The position numbers and the translations under genes were made by a program. A stretch of 54,674 nucleotides of DNA from Methylotenera sp. (lineage in GTDB: Bacteria; Pseudomonadota; Gammaproteobacteria; Burkholderiales; Methylophilaceae): assembly GCA_025360485.1 (NCBI GenBank), contig JANYCB010000083.1:1-54674 (forward strand), written 5' to 3'. Under the pieces are notes generated by a model. It made no database searches. It saw only the letters and a program-made list of their open reading frames with translations, and had not been told where the DNA came from. This document shows, one piece after another, positions 1-9,121 of this stretch. The first letter of the stretch is position 1. Each line of letters begins with the position of its first letter.

Positions 1-374
1 TCAAACAGAGCAGTATCACAACAAATACATCGATAAATGCCTTTTGCATGATTATTCCAATATTTCCCTGTAAAAGGCGCTTCAGTACCCGTATGACGCG
101 TCACATTAAAAGCTAAACTTGACAATTGATTGTGCCATTCCGTGTCGGTCTTCACTACTTGGACGACATGCACAATGCCTTCACTTTTCCCCGCAGCCGA
201 AAAATTCTCAATGGTCAGATCTTTACTTGGTTTAGAGGCAGCAGGCGTCTCAGCCATGGCTTTTCCTATCAAAGAGTTAACCACTGCCGCAGTTAGTACA
301 TACTTAAGTAAGCTGCGGCGAAAAACTGATACTTCATCCAGTGAGTATTGCGTAGTTTTATCCGTTAATTTCAT
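1..374 (-). CDS. msrB: Peptide-methionine (R)-S-oxide reductase MsrB, 3'-truncated by the window edge, with a Tat-like N-terminus
   Basis: Manual translation from ATG at 374 gives MKLTDK...[26 protein letters not shown]...[50 protein letters not shown]. This has the MsrB GTExPF and YxCxxC motifs. Not in the ORF track. Confidence 0.9.
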   Translation of the reverse strand, partial: MKLTDKTTQYSLDEVSVFRRSLLKYVLTAAVVNSLIGKAMAETPAASKPSKDLTIENFSAAGKSEGIVHVVQVVKTDTEWHNQLSSLAFNVTRHTGTEAPFTGKYWNNHAKGIYRCICCDTALF

Positions 375-580
375 CTTAGCCTCTTCAATTTAAAAGTTGG
401 AGCAAAAATCTGACAAGAAGTTGTCTAAAAACTAAATCAATTTTGCTATAAAAACATACTAATTTACATTTCTTAACTTTGTCGCTGATTAAGCTAAATC
501 CTTACATTAAATACAAAGTATTTTGAAAAACTAATTTTTGAAAAGCGACACTAAATGCTTATTTAATTGTCGTAGTCAGT

Positions 581-1168
581 GTGATGTACAATTTAAAAAA
601 TTATCAATTCTCTACAATCAGGCCACAAAAATTATTGATTGCGCTGATACTTTCAACCAGCACGCTCACTGTATTTGCAGATGACCCAGTAAGTACCAGT
701 GTTTGGTCGCGGACTCAAGATTCATTATCTCAAACATGGCAGTCAGAAAACTACGAATTATATGTCCCTATCAACACTTGGCATAACCGCAACTTCTATA
801 GCAAAGAAAAAATAGAGAGTTTCAATGAGCAGCCTTGGGGGCTCGGCATTGGTAAATATCGATTCGATGATGATGGCGACTGGAATGGCCTTTATGTTAT
901 GGCTTTTCAGGATTCTCATCGCAACATAGAACCACTGGCTGGGTTTGGTTTTCAAAAAATATGGCGGCCTATAGAAAATTTGCGTTTAGGCGCTGGGTAT
1001 ACCGTTGGAATAACCATGCGTGAAGACATGCACTATATTCCCCTTCCAGGCATTCTGCCGCTAGTCTCAGTGGAATATAAGAAAATGGCGTTGCAATCTA
1101 CTTACGTACCTGGTGGTTATGGTCACGGCAACATCTTATTTACTTGGTTGCGCTGGCAATTGGAATAG
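581..1168 (+). CDS. pagP: Lipid A palmitoyltransferase PagP
   Basis: Signal peptide; YELYVPINTWHNR, NEQPWGLG, MAFQDSH and LQSTYVPG motifs typical of PagP. Confidence 0.9.
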   Translation: MMYNLKNYQFSTIRPQKLLIALILSTSTLTVFADDPVSTSVWSRTQDSLSQTWQSENYELYVPINTWHNRNFYSKEKIESFNEQPWGLGIGKYRFDDDGDWNGLYVMAFQDSHRNIEPLAGFGFQKIWRPIENLRLGAGYTVGITMREDMHYIPLPGILPLVSVEYKKMALQSTYVPGGYGHGNILFTWLRWQLE

Positions 1169-1236
1169 CTCCATTGAAATCAGCGCTAATATATAAACCA
1201 AAAAAAACATCAACTTCTCGCGACTTATTAATTAAA

Positions 1237-1536
1237 TTAAGTCTTACTCAATTGTTGCTCAAGCATTCGAATGCGCTCCAGAAATGCCAATATTAACCCT
1301 AACGTATTAGCATCCAAATCAAAATCTTGCTTTAACCTTGATAGTTTTCGTATTGATACTAGGCAGTGGCTGTTAAAATACCATATACCGCCCGTTAGGT
1401 TATTTGGAATTAGTACGCCGCTTTCAACTAATTGATGTAGCTCTTCCTGAGTCAGCGCTGACAATTCAGCCAGCTGGTCTAACGAGACTTCATGCTGCTC
1501 ATCGAGCCACAATAGTTCAGAATGTTCAATTTGCAT
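1237..1536 (-). CDS. cbpM: Chaperone modulator CbpM
   Basis: MerR-like 99-aa protein (LVESGVL, RLKQDFDL); same operon as cbpA. Confidence 0.85.
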   Translation of the reverse strand: MQIEHSELLWLDEQHEVSLDQLAELSALTQEELHQLVESGVLIPNNLTGGIWYFNSHCLVSIRKLSRLKQDFDLDANTLGLILAFLERIRMLEQQLSKT

Positions 1537-1553
1537 GACTATCCCTTAGTATT

Positions 1554-2381
1554 TTAATGAGATAAAAGCGAACAAAATTCTGCCCGCTGTAGTAAATCGT
1601 TAGTTACTCCACCAAGCATCCATTCACGTAAACGACTGTGCCCATAAGCTCCTGCAATCACAAGGTCGGCATTTTTTTCATTAGCAATAGATAAAATTTG
1701 TGTCGCATCATCTTTTAAAGCAACAGATACTAAAGGTACAGCCGATACACCATGAGACTTTAGCCAACTAATTACCTGTTTAAGCCGCACATTGGCATCT
1801 GCAGTCTCGCCTTCCGCCACAACCTCAACAACCGTCACCTGCTTAGCTAATCTCAGTAGCGGCAACGCATCTGAAATCGCTCGCCTCGCCTCGCGAGTGT
1901 CTTTCCATCCGATGAGCATATTTTCCAACTTCAGCATCTTTTCTCCTACTGGCAGTACTAAAACTGGGCGCCCACATTGCAAAATAAGCTCACCAACGTT
2001 CACGCCATTGGGTCCTTCGAAAAAATCACTTGGGGCAATTTCTGTGAGTACAATATCCGCACTACACGCCTCACCTGCTATATATTCTGATAAAGACCCT
2101 AGCGTCACCGTTGAGCGCCATTCCGTATTTTTTTTATAGCTTTTAAATGCTTTTCTAAAGGCCGTTTCCGCCTCAGCTATTTCTTTTATAGTTTGCGCAT
2201 GCTCCTGATTTAAAAAGTCTAGCATCGCGTAGCCTTCCCCATAGATTATTTGTGTCGGCTGACCTGCAGCAATGCCTATTACATCTGCATGAAATTTATC
2301 TGCAAGTTCGGTGGCAATCTTTAACAAGGCCTCATTTGAACGCCCAAGTTGCAAATGTACCATTATGGTTTGGTAAGTCAT
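1554..2381 (-). CDS. Universal stress protein (tandem USP domains)
   Basis: C-terminal ADLVIAGAYGHSRLREWMLGGVT motif; GRPVLVLP. Confidence 0.9.
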   Translation of the reverse strand: MTYQTIMVHLQLGRSNEALLKIATELADKFHADVIGIAAGQPTQIIYGEGYAMLDFLNQEHAQTIKEIAEAETAFRKAFKSYKKNTEWRSTVTLGSLSEYIAGEACSADIVLTEIAPSDFFEGPNGVNVGELILQCGRPVLVLPVGEKMLKLENMLIGWKDTREARRAISDALPLLRLAKQVTVVEVVAEGETADANVRLKQVISWLKSHGVSAVPLVSVALKDDATQILSIANEKNADLVIAGAYGHSRLREWMLGGVTNDLLQRAEFCSLLSH

Positions 2382-2391
2382 GATTCATCTC

Positions 2392-3321
2392 CTATTCAAA
2401 ATGTACACGTGGATTAAATGTAGATACATCCGCCAATTGTTTAAATAATGCGAGCTCTTGCTCGGTTGGATTGGCTGAGACCACGATTTGTGTCACTGCA
2501 AAAAGATCACCATTTTCATGATTATGTTTGGGCATTCCGCGTTTACCAATACGGAGCTTCGTGCCGCTATTAGTTCCTGCAGGCACTTTAAGATTAACCG
2601 CGCCTTGTAATGTGGGCACTTTAACAGTTGCACCAAGCGCAGCCTCCCACGGGGTGAGCAGCAAATCAATATATAGGTCATGATTAGAGACACGAAACAA
2701 TCGATGCGGAAGAAAGCTAATATTTAGGTAAAAATTTCCGTCTTTTCCGCCATTAGCACCTTTGCCACCTTTGCCACGCAACAGCATTTTTTGACCATTG
2801 GTAACTCCTTTGGGAATGCGCGCTTTGAAGGTATGCGGCACACGCTTCAATTGGCCTTGATTGTCATATTCTGGCACCGTAAAACTAAGTTCTACAGTTG
2901 TGCCCTCATAAACATCTTCCAACGAAATTTGAGTCGTTAATTCATAATCTTGCCCAGGAATAGGCATCCTACGGCTTTGTTGAGTATGACGATTGCCTTT
3001 AGAAAAGCTAGCAAACAAATCTGATAGATCAATATCATCAAAAGAATAAGCCTGACCATTTTGTTGGCCTGACCAGTTTGGTGGCGGTCTGAATTCTTCG
3101 CCAGTTGGATGGCGCCCCAGCTCATCATAAGCGGCACGCTTTTCTTTATCTTTTAAAGTGGCATACGCCTCGCCAATTTCTTTAAACTTTTCTTCCCCTG
3201 CTGGATCCTTTGAAACATCAGGATGATATTGATGCGCAAGTTTTCGGTAAGCTTTTTTAATTTCATCAGTGGACGTGGTGCGAGTTACTCCAAGAGTCTC
3301 GTAGTAATCTTTAAATTTCAT
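2392..3321 (-). CDS. cbpA: DnaJ-class co-chaperone / curved DNA-binding protein CbpA
   Basis: J domain (KDYY...HPD) and DnaJ C-terminal domain, no Zn finger. Confidence 0.9.
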   Translation of the reverse strand: MKFKDYYETLGVTRTTSTDEIKKAYRKLAHQYHPDVSKDPAGEEKFKEIGEAYATLKDKEKRAAYDELGRHPTGEEFRPPPNWSGQQNGQAYSFDDIDLSDLFASFSKGNRHTQQSRRMPIPGQDYELTTQISLEDVYEGTTVELSFTVPEYDNQGQLKRVPHTFKARIPKGVTNGQKMLLRGKGGKGANGGKDGNFYLNISFLPHRLFRVSNHDLYIDLLLTPWEAALGATVKVPTLQGAVNLKVPAGTNSGTKLRIGKRGMPKHNHENGDLFAVTQIVVSANPTEQELALFKQLADVSTFNPRVHFE

Positions 3322-3366
3322 TTGATCAATATAGCATTTTTATTTGCATCCACTGTTTTTTAAAAT

Positions 3367-3555
3367 CTACTTCGTTTTGCAAGTTTTAACGCCAAACAAC
3401 CCATAGGCTGGACAGAAACTGAATAGTCCCGTGGCTATTAAAATCAAGCCAATCCAGCCCCAGCTGCCTATTGTGCCTGATAATACCAGCCCAATTAATG
3501 CTAAACCAGCAACGACTCTCAATATGCGGTCTATGCCGCCAACATTCGCTTTCAT
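3367..3555 (-). CDS. DUF2892 (YgaP-like) membrane protein
   Basis: NVGGIDRILR...TGLFSFCPAY signature. Confidence 0.9.
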   Translation of the reverse strand: MKANVGGIDRILRVVAGLALIGLVLSGTIGSWGWIGLILIATGLFSFCPAYGLFGVKTCKTK

Positions 3556-3572
3556 ATTTTCTTCCTATTCAT

Positions 3573-3863
3573 TCAATTTATAAACTTGTTTTGTAGCTTG
3601 CGTAGAAGCTGCCATGCAACCCAACCTCGACTTAGCCATTTTCCGACCCGACTAGGTCGTAACATTTTCAACAAAATGGCACTTCCGCCAGCCATCCAAA
3701 CAGGATGTTTTTTGACGAAACTTATTACCGCAAGTCCCTTGTCGGCCAAAGCCAATGGCACACGCCAAGTATCAACAGCTTGCGCAATTTGTACGCGTTG
3801 TTTTGAGGCTTCTAGTACCAAATATTCACGTCGCTGTGCCAGTTTTAGGAGTTTTTTGTTCAT
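3573..3863 (-). CDS. yqjK: YqjK-like protein
   Basis: Basic N-terminus (RREYLV..QR) and position downstream of yqjD-yqjE. Confidence 0.75.
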   Translation of the reverse strand: MNKKLLKLAQRREYLVLEASKQRVQIAQAVDTWRVPLALADKGLAVISFVKKHPVWMAGGSAILLKMLRPSRVGKWLSRGWVAWQLLRKLQNKFIN

Positions 3864-3879
3864 ATTACTGGGTTATCTA

Positions 3880-4257
3880 TTAACGAGAATCTAACGACTG
3901 CTTATCTTTTAACAATTCCAACAATGTTGCTAAAAATAGTTTAGGTTTTGTTTTGGCTTTATACTTTGCAAAACCCCATATAACCAAGCCTGTTGTTAGA
4001 AAAAAGCCTGCAAGTGAGCCTAACGCTACTAAACGATGCGATTCCCAAAAAGCAACCACCAATAAAATAGCGACTAACACCAAACCAAGTGCAAGACAAA
4101 ACGCCACCGCCAAATACAAACCCACTAGCAACAACAAATGCTGCCTGTCTTCTTCCAGATCTGTAGAAAGTAATTCAAGTCGCGTATGTGCAACTCCTAC
4201 CAAGGTGGACGCAAGCACACTCAGCGACTCAATCAACCCTTTGCTCTCTGTAGGCAT
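3880..4257 (-). CDS. yqjE: YqjE-family membrane protein (phage-holin-like family)
   Basis: TRLELLSTDLEE motif, two TM helices, C-terminal ELLKD. Confidence 0.8.
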   Translation of the reverse strand: MPTESKGLIESLSVLASTLVGVAHTRLELLSTDLEEDRQHLLLLVGLYLAVAFCLALGLVLVAILLVVAFWESHRLVALGSLAGFFLTTGLVIWGFAKYKAKTKPKLFLATLLELLKDKQSLDSR

Positions 4258-4292
4258 TACATTATCCTAATAAATTAGCTGAATTTAATTTA

Positions 4293-4607
4293 CTAGCGTC
4301 GTCCAATAAGTAAACCAACAACTAAGCCGACACTAGCTGCCAAACCAATTGATCTCCATGGGTTTTCGTGCACATACTCATCAGTAACCTTTGCCGCTTC
4401 TTTAGTTTTAGCAATTACCACTGATTGCGCATCTGCAATCCCAGCCTTTGCAGCCTTAAGAGATTTTTCCGTCTTAGCTCTCACCTCGGCCAGTTTCTCG
4501 CCACCTTGATTTGCTGTCGCCTTTAATAGCGCTTCAGCGTCAGCCACTACTACTTTAAAATCGTTAACTAATTGTTCTTTACTAGCTTCATCAAATAACT
4601 TTTCCAT
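4293..4607 (-). CDS. yqjD: DUF883 / ElaB-YqjD ribosome-binding membrane-anchored protein
   Basis: YVHENPWRSIGLAASVGLVVGLLIGRR C-terminus; AGGAG RBS. Confidence 0.9.
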   Translation of the reverse strand: MEKLFDEASKEQLVNDFKVVVADAEALLKATANQGGEKLAEVRAKTEKSLKAAKAGIADAQSVVIAKTKEAAKVTDEYVHENPWRSIGLAASVGLVVGLLIGRR

Positions 4608-4772
4608 GACTTTTCTCCTATTTATAACTTCATTTCAATAATAATCCCTTGGTAAAACTTCTGCCTATTCGACTTAATAGGTTTCTAACGGTTCGCTCAT
4701 TAATCTTTCTTTTTTTTCATGTAACGTACTTCTCCTATGGAATAACTATGAAACTTCTTAGTCTCGAGAGTA

Positions 4773-4786
4773 TTGACTTGCATCAA
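4773..4786. promoter_or_regulatory. FNR-type box
   Basis: TTGAC-TTGC-ATCAA (9/10 match to TTGAT-N4-ATCAA). A minus-strand CATAGT -10-like element at 4745-4750 fits class II spacing toward yqjD. Confidence 0.65.
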
Positions 4787-4933
4787 GTATAAGCATTAAA
4801 AATAACAATGCATAAGGCATTCCAAACTAGAATAATCAACTATAGCCTCTGCTTTTAAATTGCCATTTTCAAAGTTACTTATAACTAATTTATGCTGATG
4901 TGATAACCTAGGTTCTTTAAAAGAATTGATGCC

Positions 4934-5524
4934 ATGAAAAACCAACGTATTCAACAACTTCTAGACCAGATTAAGGCACTTGAGGATGAATTACACACCG
5001 CTATTAGTGAGCAACAAACCACCATGTTTTTTCAAATCAAGGGTAAGCGCGTTGAGTTTGAACAATCTATTAAAAAAGCGCATCGCCGACTTAGAAGAAA
5101 CTTCTTTCGTTGGTTGGTAACCGATAGACCACAGAACTTGATTACTGGACCTATTATTTACTCAATGATTATTCCTTTAGTCGTTACAGATGTATTCATT
5201 ACGTTTTATCAACTCACTTGTTTTCCCATTTACGGCATCAAAAAAGTACGCCGTGCTAATTACATTATTTTTGACCGTCAACATCTAAGTTACCTTAATT
5301 TTATCGAAATATTTCATTGTACATATTGTGCTTACGGCACTGGTATGATTGCCTATATTAGCGAAATAGTGGCACGAACCGAGCAGTACTTCTGCCCCAT
5401 TAAACATGCCCGAAAAATACTAGGTACGCATAGCCGCTATGCACGTTTCTTAGACTTTGGTGCAGCAGAAAATTATGAAGCCAAGCTTGAAGAATATCGA
5501 GTCTCTCTAAACAAAGAAACTTAA
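4934..5524 (+). CDS. Hypothetical membrane-associated protein with Cys/His motifs
   Basis: 196-aa ORF: coiled N-terminus, hydrophobic segment, HCTYC and YFCPIKH motifs. Confidence 0.75.
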   Translation: MKNQRIQQLLDQIKALEDELHTAISEQQTTMFFQIKGKRVEFEQSIKKAHRRLRRNFFRWLVTDRPQNLITGPIIYSMIIPLVVTDVFITFYQLTCFPIYGIKKVRRANYIIFDRQHLSYLNFIEIFHCTYCAYGTGMIAYISEIVARTEQYFCPIKHARKILGTHSRYARFLDFGAAENYEAKLEEYRVSLNKET

Positions 5525-5545
5525 AAAACTAGTAAAGGAAAATAA

Positions 5546-6907
5546 GTGGAATTAAAATTTCTTGGTGCCACGGGAACCGTCACAGGCTCTAAATATCTAC
5601 TTACTAGTGAATCAAAACAAATTTTGATTGACTGCGGCTTGTTTCAAGGCCTTAAGCAGTTGCGGCTTAGAAATTGGGCTGCGCTACCTATCAACCCAAA
5701 AGAAGTCGATGCGGTGGTGCTAACGCACGCGCATATAGACCACACTGGCTATATTCCACTTTTTGTTAAAAATGGTTTCTCTGGCAAAGTATATTGTAGC
5801 GAGGCTACCCGCGATTTATGTGAAGTATTGCTTTTAGACTCCGCACATTTACAAGAAGAGGAAGCAAAATACGCCAATAAGGGCGGCTTTTCTAAGCACA
5901 ATCCAGCGCTGCCGCTGTATACGCAAGAAGATGCACAAAATGCACTCGCGTTGCTAACGCCGGTAGCTTATGAGCAAGATGTTGATTTAGGGGATGGCTT
6001 AACGGCTAGACTTTCCCCTAGTGGGCATATCCTCGGCTCGGCTTTTGTACGCATACGAAATAGCAAAACATCCATTCTATTCTCAGGTGACATCGGGCGA
6101 CCCAATGATATTTTGATGAAAGCACCTGTACGCATCAAACAAGCCGATTACTTAGTGTTGGAATCCACTTATGGTAATCGCTTGCATGACCATACTGATC
6201 CAAAAATAAAGCTAGCCGATATTATCAACCGAACAGTCAATCAAAAAGGGGTCGTCGTTATCCCAGTCTTTGCGGTGGGTCGCGCGCAAGAGCTACTTTA
6301 TTACATTCATTTGCTCAAAACATCAGGCGCTATTGCTAGTCACACGCCCGTTTATCTCAACAGCCCTATGGCAGTAGATGCTACCGCCATATTTAATCAT
6401 TTTCAAAACGAGCATCGTCTAACACCTGAACAAAGTCATGCGCTGTGCCATACCGCGCACATGGTGAATGGTATTGAAGAATCTAAACAGCTAAATGAAA
6501 CTAAAGGGCCGATGATTATCCTTTCCGCAAGTGGTATGGCTTCTGGCGGTCGAGTGGTACATCATTTAAAAGCGTTCGCACCAGACCCCAAAAATACCAT
6601 TCTGTTTGTGGGCTTCCAAGCGGCTGGCACACGTGGGGCAGCGATGTTAGATAGGGCTGAAAGCATTAAAATTCATGGGCAATATGTGCCAGTGCGTGCC
6701 AATGTAGAGCTTATTTCCAATCTCTCTGCGCATGCAGATTATTCTGAGATTTTAGATTGGTTAGGTGGTTTTGAAAGTGCACCTAAAACCACATTTATTA
6801 CGCACGGTGAACCTGTTGCTGCCGACGCGATGCGGCTACATATTGAGGAACAACTGCACTGGAAAACCATCGTGCCCGATTATCTTCAAACTGTGACTTT
6901 AGATTAA
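5546..6907 (+). CDS. Metallo-beta-lactamase / beta-CASP ribonuclease-family protein
   Basis: THAHIDH, GHILGS, SGDIG, ESTYG, SAHAD and THGE motifs; GTG start with RBS. Confidence 0.9.
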   Translation: MELKFLGATGTVTGSKYLLTSESKQILIDCGLFQGLKQLRLRNWAALPINPKEVDAVVLTHAHIDHTGYIPLFVKNGFSGKVYCSEATRDLCEVLLLDSAHLQEEEAKYANKGGFSKHNPALPLYTQEDAQNALALLTPVAYEQDVDLGDGLTARLSPSGHILGSAFVRIRNSKTSILFSGDIGRPNDILMKAPVRIKQADYLVLESTYGNRLHDHTDPKIKLADIINRTVNQKGVVVIPVFAVGRAQELLYYIHLLKTSGAIASHTPVYLNSPMAVDATAIFNHFQNEHRLTPEQSHALCHTAHMVNGIEESKQLNETKGPMIILSASGMASGGRVVHHLKAFAPDPKNTILFVGFQAAGTRGAAMLDRAESIKIHGQYVPVRANVELISNLSAHADYSEILDWLGGFESAPKTTFITHGEPVAADAMRLHIEEQLHWKTIVPDYLQTVTLD

Positions 6908-7230
6908 TCAATCTTTATCTCGCAGAAGTTCGCTGAAATGTAAGTTGCTAACTTTTATCGTAAGCGTCTGCTTTTATCTAACTAAGTAGATAAATTAGCT
7001 GGCAATTTTCTACCAAAGCGGACTGCCGTGAAAGAGAAAAGCACTCTTTTGTATGTTTGGCTTTTAGATTGAACTAGTCCGCCGCCCCAATCACAGTGAA
7101 GTATATTTCACGGGCTACAACCGCCCTTTATATAATTAAAAAGAATATAAATATAACTACTAAGTATTATTAATTATATATAAGTTTTGTTAAAGTGCGC
7201 TCATTCTTTGAACATGTAAGAAATATACAA

Positions 7231-7428
7231 ATGAGTTTAACTAAAACTAAATTATTGCTAGAAACAGATGACGAGGTGCTACAAGCCGTAGCGCGAGCAA
7301 TTGCATCTGTAAAGCAGCAATCTGGTTATGGTTCGATTGAGATTACTGTGCATGATGGACGCGTGACACAAATCGAGCGTAGAGAAAAAGTACGATTTGA
7401 ACACAAACCAAACATTCAAAAAACCTAA
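7231..7428 (+). CDS. oscA: YezD/DUF2292 family sulfur-starvation protein (OscA-like)
   Basis: YGSIEITVHDGRVTQIERREKVRF signature; lies upstream of sbp. ATG 7231 preferred over GTG 7195. Confidence 0.8.
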   Translation: MSLTKTKLLLETDDEVLQAVARAIASVKQQSGYGSIEITVHDGRVTQIERREKVRFEHKPNIQKT

Positions 7429-7511
7429 TTAATAACTACCTGACGACAGAAGTTGAAAATATTTTACCAATACCTGACCAGCCCACTGGAAGAAAACAAC
7501 GGGAGTTGACG

Positions 7512-8984
7512 ATGATTTACAAAAAAATAGTATCCGCTTTAGTGTTAGCCGGCGTAGTGGCTAGTCCAGCGCTTGCATTCGCAAATGATAGTACAGAGCT
7601 TGAAGAGCTTAGAGCGCTTGTGCAAGAGCTTGATCAAAAGGTAAAAATATTAGAGCGTAAAGGCGAAATTTCAGTGGAGGATGCCGCCACCGCCAAGAAA
7701 GCAACACCAGTGGTAAAAGCCAGCGAGGATGGTTTTGGTTTTCAATCTGCAGATGGTAACTTTAAGATTAAATTGCGAGGACTGTTACAAGTTGACGAAC
7801 GCAATTACAGCAAGGTAGGCGGACTGGGTGCTGACGGTAAAAATATAAGTGGTTTTGATTTGCGCCGTATTCGCCCGATCATTGAAGGCACAGTGTATGA
7901 CAAATATGATTTTCGCTTCACACCAGAATTTGGTGAAGCTAAAACGGCCAATGCCGCCAGCACCAGCGGCATCGTGGATGCCTATGTCGATGCCCGCTTT
8001 CAGCCTGGGTTTCAGGTACGTGCTGGTAAATTCAAGCCGTATGTCGGCTTAGAACGTCTACAAGGCGGGGCTGACCTTAAATTCATTGAACGCAGCTATG
8101 TCAGCAATAACATACTACCAAATCGCGATCTTGGTGCTGCAATTCATGGCGATGTACTTGATGGCAGGTTAAATTATTCTGCTGGCATCTACAATGGCGT
8201 GGTGGACGGTGGCGATAATTCAACCGCCCAAGATACCAATCAGGATAAAGAGTACGCTTTTAGAGTATTTGCCACACCATTTAAAGACGATGTTAGCGTT
8301 CTTTCAGGCTTAGGTTTCGGCTTAGCCGCAACGCATGGCAACTTTAAGGGCACGACAACTGCCAGCGGTCTACCAAACTATAAAACTGCTGGGCAAGAAT
8401 CAAATTTCTTTGCTTACTCTGCTGGCGTATTCGGCAGTGGCAATCGTGACCGCATCAGCCCACAAGCCTACTATTACTACGGTCCATTTGGCGTTATTGC
8501 AGAATATGCTCAAGTAAAACAAGGTGTATCTAACGGCACAATATCTGCCAATTTAGATAATTATGCCTGGCAATTAGCAGCTTCATATTTGCTTACCGGT
8601 GAAGATGCTTCATTTAAAGGCGTTAAACCAAGACAGCCTTTTGACACCGACAAAGGCGGTTGGGGTGCTTGGGAATTGGTGGCACGCTATCAAGAAAATA
8701 ATATTGACAGCGGTGCTTTTAGTTCTGGCACAGCTGCGGGCGTAGTCACAACTGCTCGTTATGCAGACCCAAGAAATAATGCCCACTCTGCCAAATCGTG
8801 GGCAGCTGGTGTGAACTGGTATCTTAATCAAAACGTGAAGATAGCGCTGGATTATGAAGATACCAGCTTTGATGGGGGTGGTAATGCAAATGCTGCGGGT
8901 TCTGCCGGAGCAGGGTCGTTTATCAATATTGCAGACAGACCAAGCGAACGGACATTATTTTCTCGCTTGCAATTCTCTTACTAA
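7512..8984 (+). CDS. OprO/OprP-family anion-selective porin (sulfate operon)
   Basis: Signal peptide and coiled N-terminus; GFDLRRIRP, GKFKPYVGLE, WELVARY, GVNWYLN motifs. GGGAG RBS at 7501 favours ATG 7512. Confidence 0.85.
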   Translation: MIYKKIVSALVLAGVVASPALAFANDSTELEELRALVQELDQKVKILERKGEISVEDAATAKKATPVVKASEDGFGFQSADGNFKIKLRGLLQVDERNYSKVGGLGADGKNISGFDLRRIRPIIEGTVYDKYDFRFTPEFGEAKTANAASTSGIVDAYVDARFQPGFQVRAGKFKPYVGLERLQGGADLKFIERSYVSNNILPNRDLGAAIHGDVLDGRLNYSAGIYNGVVDGGDNSTAQDTNQDKEYAFRVFATPFKDDVSVLSGLGFGLAATHGNFKGTTTASGLPNYKTAGQESNFFAYSAGVFGSGNRDRISPQAYYYYGPFGVIAEYAQVKQGVSNGTISANLDNYAWQLAASYLLTGEDASFKGVKPRQPFDTDKGGWGAWELVARYQENNIDSGAFSSGTAAGVVTTARYADPRNNAHSAKSWAAGVNWYLNQNVKIALDYEDTSFDGGGNANAAGSAGAGSFINIADRPSERTLFSRLQFSY

Positions 8985-9121
8985 TGAATGGATGAACCGC
9001 CTCGCCAGATAATCGTGCGAAGGCGTGTTACCAAAGGAGTACAAAAATGGAATGTTGCTGTTAAAAAAACTGAAGCACACCGTTTAACAATTATTAAGTT
9101 TTAAATTTAAAGGATTTATCA

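Noticed and set aside
130-393. 87-aa plus-strand ORF
   Set aside because: Antisense shadow of msrB.
410-423. CTGACAAGAAGTTG, resembling the motif behind oscA
   Set aside because: Short, lacks the TAC prefix and hairpin, unrelated context; probably chance.
3880-4257. Phage-holin-family assignment as evidence of a prophage
   Set aside because: It is the housekeeping yqjE in a yqjDEK context, with no phage genes nearby.
5546-6907. Metallo-beta-lactamase as an antibiotic resistance or anti-phage gene
   Set aside because: It has beta-CASP RNase motifs, no signal peptide and no defence-island context.
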